A DNA stretch of 64,000 nucleotides. It comes from Callorhinchus milii (taxonomy: Eukaryota). Shown one piece after another: positions 26,005 to 40,418 of this stretch (position 1 is its first letter; each line of letters opens with the position of its first letter). The stretch lies in contig NW_024704742.1 of NCBI RefSeq assembly GCF_018977255.1, positions 29,016,001 to 29,080,000 on the forward strand, read 5' to 3'. A model generated the notes under the pieces. That model searched no databases. It had not been told where the DNA came from and saw only the letters and a program-made list of their open reading frames with translations. The position numbers were made by a program, and so were the translations under genes.

Positions 26005-26270
26005 TAGCCCGAGTTCAAACAGCATACCTTGGGCAAGTTTCCTTACTCCACACACCTAATAATAATCCCTCCAAAAAAACAAAAAACAATAATAAATTGG
26101 TCATTTTCAATCTATGACTGTTTGTGGGACACTGCTGTGCGCAATTGGCTGCCGGCGTTCGCCCACAAATATATAGTCAATTCACTTTATTCTGTGAAGC
26201 GCTTTGGGACGTCTAGAAGATGTGAAAAGCGCGATATCAAATGCAAGAATTATTATTATTATTATTATTA
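26005..26270 (+). mobile_element. tRNA-Ala SINE short variant with damaged head
   Basis: ccttgggcaagtttccttactccacac...gcaagaattattattatt, closely matching 15112-15353. Confidence 0.85.
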
Positions 26271-28874
26271 AACCCATGTTTTGGCATCTCAAATTCAAAA
26301 CCCGAAATTCTTTCATTAAATTAGTCGCGTTAACACAACAACACCAACAACAATTTACATAGCGTCTTTCTTGCGGGTTAGCTTTCCGGAGTGCTTAAAT
26401 GATGAAATTTGGAGAGTAAAACAGTGTAACATATCTTAAATCATAGTGAAATCCCGGAGTCCTTTTTTTTCCCCTGTAGTGTAAAAAAACATGATGTTAC
26501 CTTTGTAAAAATGTTATTTGAACTTGATTAACAGGTGAAATTCTTCATTTCACATTATTTTACAACCTGTTTTGATTTTCAGTTGACACACGTTGGCAAG
26601 CCAAATTCTACTGTAGAAGGGAATAACGTGGCGGACTGCATGTAGAATGGGTGAATGTCCAACCTCTTGCATGATCATTTGGTGACCTAGTAAAACTGTA
26701 AATAAACATCACAGGCTTTAACTAGCTGCTTCCCACTTGTTATCTGTTCCTAGGAAAGAAATGCAACTGCTGGAATACCTGGGTGCATCTGAACTGGTGC
26801 AAAAAAGCAAGCTAATTAACATTAATCCTTTCAATGTTTGTCTACCTGAATTGGGTGCTGGGCGTAAGAATCTAATTTCTAGAATAATAATAGTAAATAA
26901 TAATCCTTCCATTAGTTTTAGCACCTTATCACTTCATCAAAACATCTCAAAGCACGTCACTGGGTTTACTGTAGAGTGTATTGACTGTGTATTTTGCAGG
27001 TGAAGGTAGAATGATATAGAAAGGATGGCTGTTTATTTCCTACATTGGCTTGTTTATGTTGTTGAATATGTAATCTGGACATTTGCTGGATATCTGATAT
27101 ATCTGTGTTCTGTGTTATTACAATATGTGTGCAATCTGGAGCACTACTGGTAAATAATTTCCATTCTATAATTTTGCTGCATCCATTGTTCTTTTTGTGC
27201 CACCCGACCTGTGACATTGATCAGCTCACAAAGCAGTTATTTCCAATGGATAAGTCGAGATTGGAAGCTGGCTCTCTTTGTAGGACATAGAAAAGTGCGA
27301 GCCCTATCAGTGAAGTAGAATCATAATGGAAATGCCTCTCTCAGTGTGTGTTTTATGCAGAGCAAGGCCATTATTTGGGACTGATCCTTAGAAAAAGAGA
27401 TGTTGACTCCCTGAAGGCCGCATTCAATACATTGCAAAGAAATATTCTGAAGGAAAAATTCTCAAATAGAAGCCATCTATCTGCATGCAGCAATATTTGC
27501 AGTGAGATATAACAGTGAAGCAGACCAAAGCTGAATACTAATTTCAACGCAATAGCCCCAAAATTCCACCTCATCTTATCCTATCACCTCAGTTTGTCTT
27601 AACATTTAAAATCGCATAAAGTTGTAAAACATCTTGAATTCAGTCTTAATTTGGAAACTTTTTTTTAAAAAAAAGCCCCAAACATTTATTAATGACACAA
27701 CTGATTGCCACGTGAAACGCCTGCTTAAGTTCCCCCCGCACCCCCATCCCCCACCAACCACCCATTCAAATTGTAGATTGACCAGGAGTGAAGTGACAAT
27801 TTATAACACATGTCAGTCTGCAGAGCAGTTTCCTGGCTCCACTCTGTCCAATCACTATTGTGTCATATGGGCCTGTCAATGACCAGAGTGAATGCCTGAT
27901 GGATTTGAGCCCAACTCTGAGCCGTTGATATGTGCTTAGAGTCACCATGTAAAACAACCATTAATTTAGTACTTTTTTCTGTAAGTTTCTTTCATTTAAT
28001 TAACTTTTTAATATGGCCTGTTTCAGTGGGAGGCAGAGGTGTGTCAGCAATGACTGCCCCCCCCCAAGAGTGACCTGCTGGGTACAGAGCCTCACAGCCC
28101 CTACAGCTCCTGCTCTTTGCAAAGACCAGCACATTGCAGCTTCTGAGGTGTTTTCTCGCAGTGAGTCTCATCACCAACAGCCTCCCGCAATGCTGCAACC
28201 CTAAGCTTTATAGCACAGCTGTTTGCGAGTAAGCATTGATTCTAAATAAAACTGTGGGGCACACATTTTACAAAAATCTTAGACTTGGTGTACTACCTTT
28301 CACGATAGGTGGATGTCTCAAAGTTCTGTAAAGTGTGGTGACTGTGTGTTTTGCAGACAAACAGTGTGAAATGCTGAAATATTTGCAGAAATGTTTCTGT
28401 TCTGTACCCCAAATTGACATGTCTCCAAACTGTAGCTGTCATAATGATTTAATCATGATGTTCTTTGTATCTGCCACCATTGCCTTCCAATTCAGGGAAC
28501 GTATTTTAAATTCTAAATCTTTGGTATCTATAATAATAAAAAATTATTTAGTCTAAAAATTGTGTTTTTTTAGTTCTGTGTGTGCCGCAACTTCAGGATT
28601 ATAGCCTGAAGCATCTGTCACCAGAACAGGTGTCTCATATAACATGACCTGAGTGGCAGCGGAGAGGACAGAACAACTGAAAATTGGAGTTGTGTTGCCA
28701 ACAGACAGTCCTAGAGCTTTCCTGCAGCAGCTACGCAGCATGCTCCAAGGCATTCTCCAGCAACCCTCATTCAACAACTGATGGTTAACTCTGCATTGGA
28801 CTCTTGTGTGACAAGGACACAACTCCAGCCAGGCAACAATCCTGGCTGCAAGAGAGTTACTCAGAAGGCTGGGT

Positions 28875-29250
28875 GTCAATTTGGCTTTGTAGGTAGAACT
28901 CTTGGTCTGGGTCAAAAGGTTGTGGGTTCAAACCCCTTATTGGAATATATATTCACACGTCCAGGCTGATTCTCCAGTGCTGTTCAGATGGTACTGTGCT
29001 TCAGAAGAGATGTTAGATTGAGGTCTTGTCCATTCATGCAGATATTGAAGATCTCAAGCAACTTTTCAAAAAGATGAGAAAGTTTCCCTCTGTGTCCAGG
29101 TCAGCAATCCTTCTGATAAACTCATTTCAAGGTTGATTATGGCATTTTGGTGTGCATAAAATATCTGTCAGGTTTACGTACAAAAAAAAGATACCCTGTG
29201 GAACAATGATTTCTGTGAAAGACTTTGAGATGTTTTGATGATTATAAAAC
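28875..29250 (+). mobile_element. Old DeuSINE
   Basis: ctgggtcaaaaggttgtgggttcaaacccc head, gagatgttagattgagg centre. Confidence 0.6.
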
Positions 29251-30869
29251 ACGTAAAATTACAGTTTGTTATTGTTTTGGAGACAGTGGGCCTACCTTGC
29301 ACAGCTAAACACTGGCAAATTACACAAAGGAGACTGTGGAAAAAATATATTGCAGAATGTGGATTTAAAGCATTTTGAGTTGATAAACAGTAATGACTTC
29401 CACACCCTTATTGATAAATATTCTGTCAGCTGCAGTGACTATTGTATAAAGCTCGGAAGTACATTGCTAATGCACTGAATTGGTAATTAAAACAAATGAT
29501 AGGTCTGATCCAGCAGATGATAACCCATCCCACTGAAAGAGGCAACATCATGATAGCCTCAGGACACATTGTGAGTATACAAAGAAATGTTCTGTTTGGC
29601 AATGGAGATTTGGAGAGTAAATTCCATGTCAGCTCAAGCACATATCTGCTGGGTAGGACCATGCAGATCTGAGAAGAGGTCCCTAAAACTCCCATTACCT
29701 AAAAACACATCCGTGCAAAAATTTGATCCATGCATCATTGAGCAGAGGTGGTTTGTTCCTTTGGATCAATTAGCATAAACCCTAGAGTATAAACACTGGC
29801 ACAAACTAGTTGGGGCAATTGGTCTGTTTCCCTGCCATATCATTCCATGTAATTCAATGTAGGATGATGTATTCGAGCAACTGTGAAGCTGAGTGTTTAT
29901 GGGTTGTGAGAAACTTTGCATTCTAACATGATGAGGAGGTAGAGCACCAATAACGTGGCACTGAATTGAAGGCGATCCTGGGAACCATTGGTAAAGTGCT
30001 GATATCAATACTCTGCATTATAGATGGAATAGCCAAAGTTTAAATACATCAACACAACAACAAGAACAAACTTGGATTTATATAGCGCCCTCCACGCCGG
30101 ACAGAGTCTCAGAGTACTTCAGAGTGCAGAGAACCCAGCAAAGAAGGACCCAGGAGTGCAGGGAACAATGAACCATGTGGCTATGCATCAGGATGGTGGA
30201 CACATTTGCAAAGTAGGCAATTATAGGATTCAATAATGCAACATAGGACCAGTGTTCAACCTCAACTTTAGTCTTGTTATCCAGGAACACAGGCAATATG
30301 CCAGATTCGACCCTCCAAGGAATGCTGCTGTAAACTAGTCTCTTCCCCTTCTCCAAGTCAATCATTCATTGACTAGAAGCTCAATAACCAGTCCTACTTT
30401 CTGGTCTCTGTTAGCCTATGTATGGAATGTGGCACATTGGTTTGGTTAATGCCAGTCAGATCACCTAAGTAACTTTTTAGGTGCAGAAATTAAGCGCAGT
30501 TTGTCACAATCACACCTAGCAGGACAGCTCTGCATTTGAAATGTTTTGGTCCCAAACCTTTCCGAATTAGGACCTATATGTCTGTAACCCCGCAAGAGCC
30601 TATGTTATATACAATGTTGTACTCATAAGCTCAGCCAGGGCACTCTGTTACATACTCTGTGTACCTGAGATTATGAACGATGTGCCAACGGTGGTAGCAT
30701 TGCTCCCATTCCATCATCTTGTCTTTCCCTCACAAACAGACTGATAGCAGTAACAATATGTTGCCCCTTTTTATCTCCAAGGTAACTCAAATGAAACTCA
30801 GCTTCAATCATTAGTTTAAATATTGCAAAATTGTCAAAATAAATATAATTATTGCATTCGATGCAACAC

Positions 30870-31195
30870 ATCACATCAACAATATCTCAAAGTACTTCAA
30901 AGAGTTTTCCGTTAAGTGTGATTGATATTTGTAGTCAAACACAACAGCCATGATGGGATTGATCAATTAACTGGAGGATTCATGGCCAATGTAAATTCCC
31001 CTCTCTTTTTGAAGTGGCATGGATTTTTTAATATCCGTCTGAACAGACAGATGAGGCCTTAGTTTTTCAACTCATTTAAAGGATGCTCCTCACTGCACTA
31101 GAGCATCAGTCTAAACCATGAGCATAAAGCCCCTGACACTAGTCTTGAACCCACATCCTTCTGACCCAGAAGCAAAAGTGCTATCAACTGACACT
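30870..31195 (-). mobile_element. Old DeuSINE
   Basis: cttgaacccacatccttctgacccagaagcaaaagtgctatcaactga is the reverse complement of the SINE head. Confidence 0.65.
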
Positions 31196-32629
31196 ATAAA
31201 TCTCATGGTCAAACTCAAATCCTATACAGAATTTCTAACTCCAAAGAAAATCAGTCATTGTTAGCCATAGGAAGGCCAACAATGGTTGGTAATCATGCTT
31301 CAAAACTTACATTGCACACAGCTGTAATCTTCCCTGTATGCTTGCTATTTGCTTTGCTACATGTGAGCAAAGCTTCAGCCATGGTGAAATATTGAACAAC
31401 TATACCTTTACCCTGATTAAATATAGCGGCTTTGGGCTTCAAATGAGACTGCATCAAAGTGAACCTAATAGAGGTGTATGAGATATTAATATCCCTTTAA
31501 AAATGATTCAAATCTTGTAAATATTAGTCTCTCAGTGGCTTGGATAGACAGTATAAGAGAGCTATTGGGTGTGGGAGGAGGCTGGGCATACTGGGAACAT
31601 TGGAGTCATTTTAGAAGTGGTTTGGTAATGTAATGAAAAGATCAAATAAGTATTCTGGGTGGATGACATCAAGTGGGCTGAAGGGCTATCTTTATTCAAA
31701 CCGCTCTTGTGGTATGATCAAGGCAGTCTAATCAGTTGTGACAGACTTCATGCCAAAGCCAAAGTTTGCTAAAGTTCCTCTAACCATATTTTTATGACCC
31801 ACTCAAAAGGTTTTCAAAGAACAAAACTTAAAACATGCCCATCTGTTAATGCATAGCAAATCATTCTTAACAATTGGTCCATTTTGGCCCAGTGCTTGAG
31901 GTTGCCAATGTTACTTCAAGTGAACATAATTTGAAACAGCAAAAAAAATGTAATCATTGAAATGGTAGATTCTTGCAGTTTTTTTAAAATTTGTTTTTAT
32001 ACTCTGTGTCAGGATTCTCCTGTATAAATTAGTGATCACATACCTGAAGAAAGATTGAAATTAACACAACTCAGCACTTCCACGTTATTCAGAAATTATG
32101 GCGAGTTAAAGTCTTGTGCGAGATTGTGAGCAATGAACAGTCAAGCACGTTTACGCTGAACTGGGAACAGAGAATTGATGAATGTATTCAATGTTACCTC
32201 ATGCTTTAATTACTTCTCTGTTCCCGACTCCGGTAGAAAGCCCCAGATGCTGGAACGATTGTCAGCAGACGGGCCTACTTCAGACTGATTCTTGGACTGC
32301 AGCCTGTATAGGACAAGTGAGAGTAATCAGTTTTAATTCATGTCTGCTCCACGATTGGATTAGATAATGCCATACAGGCTACCACATCTGCTCCAATATA
32401 ATACATTTATGTTGCTTATCTGCAACCTTTGTTTTATTTTGTTTTCTTCAGCCACAAGTGGAAAATTGGATTGGAAACACTTTAAGAACCAATCTCTAAT
32501 TTCAACCAATATGCCATCCCCTTAGACCTCTGGTGCTACTGTGTCGCTGGCGGAATAGACAAGAGGCTGCACATCTCAGAATGTCAGAGTTTGCTGGTCT
32601 TGATTCCAGAACCACTGCTCTTCTGACCA

Positions 32630-33320
32630 AATGACTGTCAGGCATCAAATCCTAGATGAGAGTTAATTTCCTCATGTTGAATCATGTCAACGAGACAGAC
32701 AGAGGCTCTCCTGCTTGGCTCTCGTCAGCGCCTTCTCTCCTCAGACACTGACAGCATCAATCTATACAGATGCACACTCCACCTCATGGAGCCAGTGAGG
32801 CAACTCAGGGTCCTGTTCAACTCTCAACTGTCCTTTAAACCCCACATCCGTGCCTTGACCCATTCAGCTTTCCCTTACCTTAGCAAACCTCTGCCACTTC
32901 CTCCCTCCTTGGGCAATTGAGACCCTTATCCATGATTGTATCACATCCTCCACAAGTTACAGACAATACAGAACCCTGCAACTCATGTCCTCTCCTGCAC
33001 TAGACTCCAGAAGCTTATTGCCCCCATCCTCACCCTGCTCAACTGGCTCCCCATCCCCCAGAGGATCAAGATCCTCATTCTCACTCTTAAACTCCTCCAC
33101 GTCTTGCCCCACCCTACCTCTGTGACATTACCAACCTCCCGATCCCTCTCCTCAGTAGGTACTGCCCTGCCCACACCATGATCGGCATTTGGGCCTTCAG
33201 CGTTTCTGCTCTCATTCTCTGGAACTCCATCCCATTCCACCTCGCCCATTCCCTCGCCTCCTTCAAGGTCCATCTTCAGACCTTCCTGTTTGACCATGCC
33301 TTCAGTCATCTCCGCTTCCC
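32630..33320 (+). mobile_element. Degenerate L2 3' fragment
   Basis: TEALLLGSRQRL, LHKLQTIQN, LNWLPIPQRI, LWNSIP..FKVHLQTFLFDHAF. Confidence 0.85.
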
Positions 33321-35404
33321 AGAAAGTTTTAGGCTTAGGCTGACAAGAGCCAAGACCTTGGGCCAAAACAGTCTCTCATCTGACAGTCCATTTGATTGGA
33401 TCATGCAGTGTTGCAGTCTAACACCAAATTGAGAATCCCAGGCCAAAAAAATGCACAATACGTAGAATTGATTGCCGTAGATTATACTTAAAGTAAATGA
33501 GAATTTCCAAGTTTCTAAAGTTAATATTGGACACTGTTTTGGCATGGTCCTTGGGGCCTCAGCAGGTTCAGCTATATTTTCTCTACCCTTGTAACAGCAC
33601 AATATTAAGGAAAGGGAAAGATGTGTTGCCTGCATAATCCACAGCAGCTGAAATGAAATAAAACCAGGAACATGCAGCAATCAGTCTGCTCGGAATATAG
33701 ACAATATGTCAGGCAGTGCTGGGTTGTATATTGTCCATGAGACTGACCTGACTGGGTTATGATCAGTTTTATGTGTGGAGAGGTCTATTATATCTCACTT
33801 TGGTTTAACTGCATGAGTTTTTAATGTTTTCTTCAGATGAATGTATTTTATTAGATCTTCATGAATGTAAAATCATAAAATAGCCCTCAAAACACCCATA
33901 AGGCCTGAAATGCCATCTAGTCTCAGGTTCTTAGACAATTTTGTCTTAAAGTTTAATATCTTGAAAATTGTGGAAACATTTTTAAACTCAGCCTCAATTT
34001 GGAAACGTTTTAAGTACTGTGGAAAATAACCAAGGAATTTAAGAATTTTCAAAAATTGTGGGTGATCAGCAATTTTAAGACAACCTGGATAAGATAACTT
34101 ACTGGATAAGATGTGTTAGAATTTCAGCACTGTAAGGCAGAAACATTTGCATTCATAAACGCAATATCACTTGTAAAAGTCTGAGAACACCAATGAGGTT
34201 CAACCATTGAATCAATCCTAGGAATTGGACTTGATTAGAGATATGGTCACAGTAATAATACTCGAGGAGTTGTGGTGATGTTGTAAGCAAAGCTTGAGCA
34301 GTTCTCTGTCATCCTAACCCAGGAGTGTGATAGGGCTTCAGTACAATCCAAATGTGGTTAAATATTTATATGAAATAGATTCATATCATTTTCAGTCCAA
34401 CACAAACCGTGGCTTATTAAATAAAGTTTTTTCTTTTCTGTTTCTCACACAATCCTCTTTGAATGCCTGTGACAATATACTGTGCTACCACTATTTTATT
34501 TGCCACTGTACTGACTGTAGAAATAGATAATGTCCCATTAGTGGGAGTGCGTCTATGTAACTTCATGAGTATGAAGAAGCCGTAAGCAGTGAATTTGAGA
34601 GTCTTTTGAAAACCTTCCTCAAAGTGAATAAAATAATGTCCTTCAGTATTCTTCTTACTCTGCGCTCATTACTGAGGTTAGATTTTAAAGTTATCCAGAA
34701 AACTGTATGACGTGCAGAATATTAAGTAATATTAAGTAGACCTGTTTATTTTATCATGTCAGCTCTTTTACCAGTCACTGTACTGCCAGTCTTCAGGGGG
34801 ATGATACAAGGTGTGGGATATCATAGATTTGTACATCCCCTTCGAATATAAGCATGTAGTTAATCATAAACATTGTCCACATCATTCTTTCATTGGGACT
34901 TTCCCACCCAACATTAAGCACGCATTAGACTAGCCTGAACTGAATGGGATCGTTGCAGGGATCAAAGCACAAGTGCGGATAAAATTAAGTCAACCAGAGC
35001 ACAGATTAGATAAACCACCATGTGGTACGTGAGCTATATTCAGATTGACTTTCCTGCCTTCCGTTCTGTAACACTAATAAAAGTTGAGTAATGTTTGCAA
35101 TGTTTCTGAAACAGAATCCTAAATTGATGAATAGGTACTGAAACACTGGAATTTTTATCCCAGTTGTGGGTCAAAAAATCTGTTAATAATAATAATAATC
35201 CTTGCATTTGATATAGTGCTTTATTACGTCTTTAGACGTCTCAAAGCGCTTCACAGAATATACTGTAAAGTGAATTGACTATGTTTTGTGGGTGAAATGC
35301 GGCAGCCAATTGCACAGATACTGTTCACTGAGTGTCATGAACATCACCTTTAGTGATTGTGGCATCATAATCACACAGCACAAAAGGCACTGCACATAAT
35401 GCTC

Positions 35405-35770
35405 AATTAAATCTTGTAGCATAGTAGTCAGAGCGCTCGTCTTGCAAGCGAGATGACTCAGGTTCAATTCCCAGTTATGGCAAAACCTTAGGCAGGTTTT
35501 CTTACTCCACATACCTCTATTTATCTAGTAATAAGTGGGAATCTGGTTGATAGTCGATGGGTAGATTGCTTTCCAGGGGTAATAAACCCTTAAAAAAATA
35601 ATAATTTGGTCACTCAATCCATGGCTGTTTGTGGGACACTGCTGTACGCAATTGGCTTCTGCTTTTCGCCAAAGAAATATACAACCAATTCACTTTCTAG
35701 TATATTTTATGAAGCAGTTTGAGATGTTTCGACGGTGCTATATCAAATGCAAGGATTATTATTACTATTC
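35405..35770 (+). mobile_element. tRNA-Ala SINE, long variant
   Basis: Same head and tail as the 15034 copy plus an extra central block ctctatttatctagtaataagtgggaatctggttgatagtcgatgggtagattgc. Confidence 0.85.
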
Positions 35771-37174
35771 CTAAGAAGCCAATTTGGGGAATTGCTGCTC
35801 TTAGAAAACATCAGTTCAACTCTTTCCAGAAATGAGTAGCAGATACTCTGTTTCAGCTCAAATACTACAACAAATGATTTTTTTTTTAAATGCTTAATTG
35901 AGTGGAATTTAACCCTGATCTTAAAGTTTGTGCTCTCTGCACCCCCACCCTATCTCTCCAAGGCATGGAGTAAGAGAGGAGAAGCTCTGAAAAGCCTGGT
36001 GTGCCCTGATCTGCTTACTCTGGTGAGGCAGCTCTGAAAATACCAGGGTCAACAAAACTAGACCGAATTACTGAACAGGAATTTACATCATTTGTTTGCT
36101 TTACAGCTAATTCACTTCAGATGTGCACTGAAGAATCTAACCACTTAACCACAACCCATCCAGTTCATTTCCAAAGCTCTCCACAAACAAAGTCAGCCGG
36201 GTTAATAACCCTACTTGTACTCAACGGACAATTGCAAAGGCAATAGGTTCAGACGTGGAACTCACATAAAAGGAAACAATCAGTGCATTGAGATTTTCTT
36301 TTCTGTTTCTCATCAGTCTTCAATGAATCTCAGCATCCGACAATGATGTGCATATGGACCGGTGATTAATGTAGTCAGGCCCAGAAATCCAATGTGGTGT
36401 ATTAATAGCCATAATAAAGCTCAAGTTTCAGCTGAGGGACATTCCAGTTGTCTGTTTTATTGAAGACAGGTACTATCCCAAACGGGCTTCGAATTACATT
36501 CTGGTGGCTCAAACTGATGGCATTCTCACATCGTACCCCGATCAAATTCTTGATGAATAGAAGTCTCTCTCTCCATTGAAATCTTTCTTCTCTTTCTTTA
36601 GTTTGTCACAGTTTACTTTTGTTATTTTTCCTCTGAACTTTCCACTCTTGTTCCAAGTTCCATCCCACACATTCATCCTCACTGGCATCCTCACTATATT
36701 GAAATAAAAGATTAATTGCACCATCTTTCACTGTAACTCATTCTTCCCTGGGATCTGAAAGCTGTGTAATGTTTTATTTTTCTCAGACTTCGTCCAGTCT
36801 ACAGTTTACATACTTTTGAAATCCATGCAAGGTTTGCGCACTGTTTGTCATTTATTTTATCTTTCCTCCTACTCTTTTCGATATCTGCAGGAACTATATT
36901 GGGGCTCCACTTCTAATCTCAATTTCCACAAGCGTTTGAGTGCACTCTGCATCTATTTGATTCAAAGACGATGAACCTGCCATTAATAATAATAATCCTA
37001 ATAATCCTTACATTTGGTACAGTGCCTTTCATGTCAGAACGGAATTGTTTAATGAAGGAAATCAATTAAACAAAAAAACATTGATGGGTTCGTCCTGCCC
37101 TACCAGTAATCAATATTTCAAGATATAATATAGGGCATTGGTACAAAAGTTGAGTCATAGCTACCTGTGTGTCA

Positions 37175-37590
37175 GGCCTGGCTCAGTTGTTTGCACTCTC
37201 ACCTTCTGATTTGGAAGGTTGTAGGATCAAGCCCCACGTTGGGACTTTGAATTCAGTCTAGGCTGTTTGCTCCAGTGCATGCAGGACATGTTGCTGTCCT
37301 TCATAAGAAATGTTAAACCGAGGTTCTAAATGCCTATTCAGGTGGACATTAAAGATCCCATGTCACAATGCAAAATCAGAAGGGAATCTCACCCAGTGTC
37401 CTGGCCAACATTCCCTCAGATAAAATTGTTCTTTCACTTGATGGTTGTTTGTGGGGCATTGCATTGCTGTGTGCAAATAGGCTACTTCATTTGCCTACAA
37501 ATACAGTCACTATCTTGTGAAGTGCTTTGTGACATCTTCTTGATCTGAAAGGTTCTATACCAAATGCAAGTATTATAGTATTATTATTGA
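37175..37590 (+). mobile_element. Old DeuSINE, near full length
   Basis: cctggctcagttg head, aaatgttaaaccgagg, caggtggacattaaagatcccatg, Deu motif and (ATT) tail. Confidence 0.8.
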
Positions 37591-39479
37591 TCACAAGAGG
37601 GGTTCAGATGAAGAAGGCCCTTCTGATTTTTTCTTTCCATTATATTCACCTTCTCATCGTAGCACTAACCTGTGTCTAGTACTTTAGTTTCAACTATTCT
37701 TCCTGGTAACGTGTACAGTAATGCACTTTATGACTAAGTTAAAAGGGCATGCATCTGGACCCATTGGTCTCTATAAAGACATTAAGTTATTCAATTCCTA
37801 TTCCTGCATTCTTCCATTCGATCAAAGTCCAGAGAAAGCATTATTTAAATACCAACAGTCCTTGCATCTTGCAGGGGTACCTACATGACAGTTCAAAGCA
37901 CAGCATTTCTAACTTATATCTACCAGGCAATTATGCAGAATTATTTAGGTTTCAGTTTCTGTAAACGTCTGAATCAGAAACTGTTTAAAACAAAGAACAG
38001 AAAAATCATATGGGAATTTCAGCAGATCTTTGATGTCACATATTTGCTTGTTCCCTAATTTGTACTTGCCTGCTGCTATATTAATTGTGCCAGAGAGCAT
38101 TGCCGCTGGTATTCTCTTCTTGATGGTACAGAAACCATATAAGTCACTCAGCTACAAGGAATATTTTGCGCATTGACATTTCCGTTCTCATCGACATCCC
38201 AAAAAGACTGGAATCCCTGGTTGGTCCTGTATCATTAATTATTTTGTCATTTTGTGCCCAATCAGAATACTGTTGAATCGACAAGTTCAAATCGAGGAAA
38301 TACTGTATTTTCTTACAAAAATCTGTGAAGCTTTGCAATGTTTTACAACTCAAAATCTGAGTTCTTTGCTTGCAACTTTCTCGCCACACACACATCACCT
38401 TCCAAAATAAAAAGTCAGAAGAGAAAATGGAGGGTGTGTAAAAATATATGTGTTTGGAAAATAAGCTAAAGAATGAGTCCATTGGGCACATGTGGATGAT
38501 ATCAGTCAACTGGTTTCCACAGACGAAATACTGAAGTGCAGAGGTTGTTTCTGTTCTGATGATTGACACCATCTGCAATCAGTTATGTCAATATTGTAAA
38601 TCAAAAAATGTTCATAGATTTTTTTTGTTACCGCTGGATACAGGTTTAATCACCAAGAGGCCCCTTGATAAAATCTACAGAGTTTCATTGAGTTAGTATA
38701 GCTTGCTGAGGAGATAACTTTGTTCGCAAGCAGGCAAAGAGACAAATGCATGCAGTTTGGTTTCACTGGGTCAGTCCATAGGGAGAAAGGAAGATTATCA
38801 AGGGTTCTACTGCAATTGTGAAGAACGTCCTTCACTGAGGACTCAGACTTTTTTAATTTGGCCTTCATCTACCACACAGTCATTGTGTAAAGCTGCTCCT
38901 TTTATGATCTCAGGGTAAGAATTTTCACTCCTTTGATTATATTAAACCACCAAAACAATTGCCTAAAGGAAGAAAACCCATGTAAATTGAAGAAAACATG
39001 TTTGTTTAAGGTCCAGAAACACCTATAACAACTTAGATTGGGTCTCATGAGTCCCTGAAGACCGCTCATCCTAATAAGCCTGTACCCTTGAAACAAACTA
39101 TTTCTGGTGACTTAAGGGCTGCTGCACACTGATGGCTGGAGGTCACTGCAGAGAAGACTCTGGTTGCTGTGAGGGAAATATGTTTAAATGGTTATGGACT
39201 GTTTAACTGTGTTGAGGTTTGACAAAATGGCGTTTTGAACAGACTGAATGGCAGCACTTTCTGCTGTATTTAAATGAAGATGTATTACAATTCATTAAAT
39301 GTGCAGCAACTGAGTAACAATGATGCTGTTTCCGGATTTGCAAGTAAGAAAGTAGATGATCTGAGGGTTTTAACCTCTGACCTGGTAGCTGAGGTAAGAA
39401 CTAGCAGAACTGTGAAATTACATTGAGAGGTTACATTCCACATGATTCAACTCCAGTCCACGACTGTGCTCATTAAAAG

Positions 39480-39820
39480 GCAACAGGCTGTCGGACAATG
39501 TGATATCTGTGATGAAGTAACCTTGATACTCAACAAAAGCAAAGAATAAGTTGAATTCTTTGACAATATAAAGAGCTCCTGATTGAGGGAACACTGATGG
39601 ATGCGACATATTTTGACTTTCAGAAAGCACTCAAAGATTCCTCGTAGGAGTTGTACGTTGAAGCGAAAGCTCACGGGATCCAGGATGAAGCTGTAAATAG
39701 TACTGTGATTGGCGAGGAAAACGGTAAAAGAAGGGGAGGTTATCAATGGCAATTCTTCTAGTAGGTGATAGGCACTCGTTCAGCCCTGTCGAAGGGGGTG
39801 TGTTATTTTGGGGGTGCAAT
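39480..39820 (+). mobile_element. Very old CR1 RT fragment
   Basis: Remnants reading EFFDNI, YFDFQKA, KAHGI, VINGN in CR1 order. Confidence 0.6.
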
Positions 39821-40418
39821 TCTCTTGAGCACCAGCACTCAAGTGTCAGTCTGCAGACAGGCAGTTTTGGCAGGCTTTAGACTGCAGGGGGACTGCGGAC
39901 AATCTGTTATCCTGTATATTTTTGATCCCATCCTCTCCCAGCACACATACACATACATACACCCAGCACACATACATATGCATACATACACACATTTTCC
40001 ACTGGGAATCACTGGCTAATTTTCAGCAGCAGAAAGTCTGGCTCTCTAATCCTGAATGTTAAAACAGTAAAACTCACTGTATTAGTCTTATCTTTATACA
40101 TCGAATAATGGCCTATGTCGTACATTCACCTGAGTCCCATTCAGTTTCCTATCATAGCCACTTTGCAATTCTTGTATTAATCACCTCCCAACTCGTAACT
40201 TTCGGTGCGTCGTGTCTGTGCCGATTCTTTGAAAAGAGCTATCCAAATCAATCACATTCCCCTGCTCTCTCCCCATAGTCCTGCAAATTAAATTAAATCA
40301 GATTAAATCAGATTTTATACGATTTATACAGTTTGCTTGCAACTCAGACTTCACTTCAGTGATATTAAATATAATATGTCCCGATCGATATGAATTATGT
40401 GAGTTTTACTGTATTTGT

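Noticed and set aside
27992-28198. Second Harbinger Myb-like remnant on the minus strand
   Set aside because: Only a few residues (VLV..EALYP) are suggestive; too weak to call.
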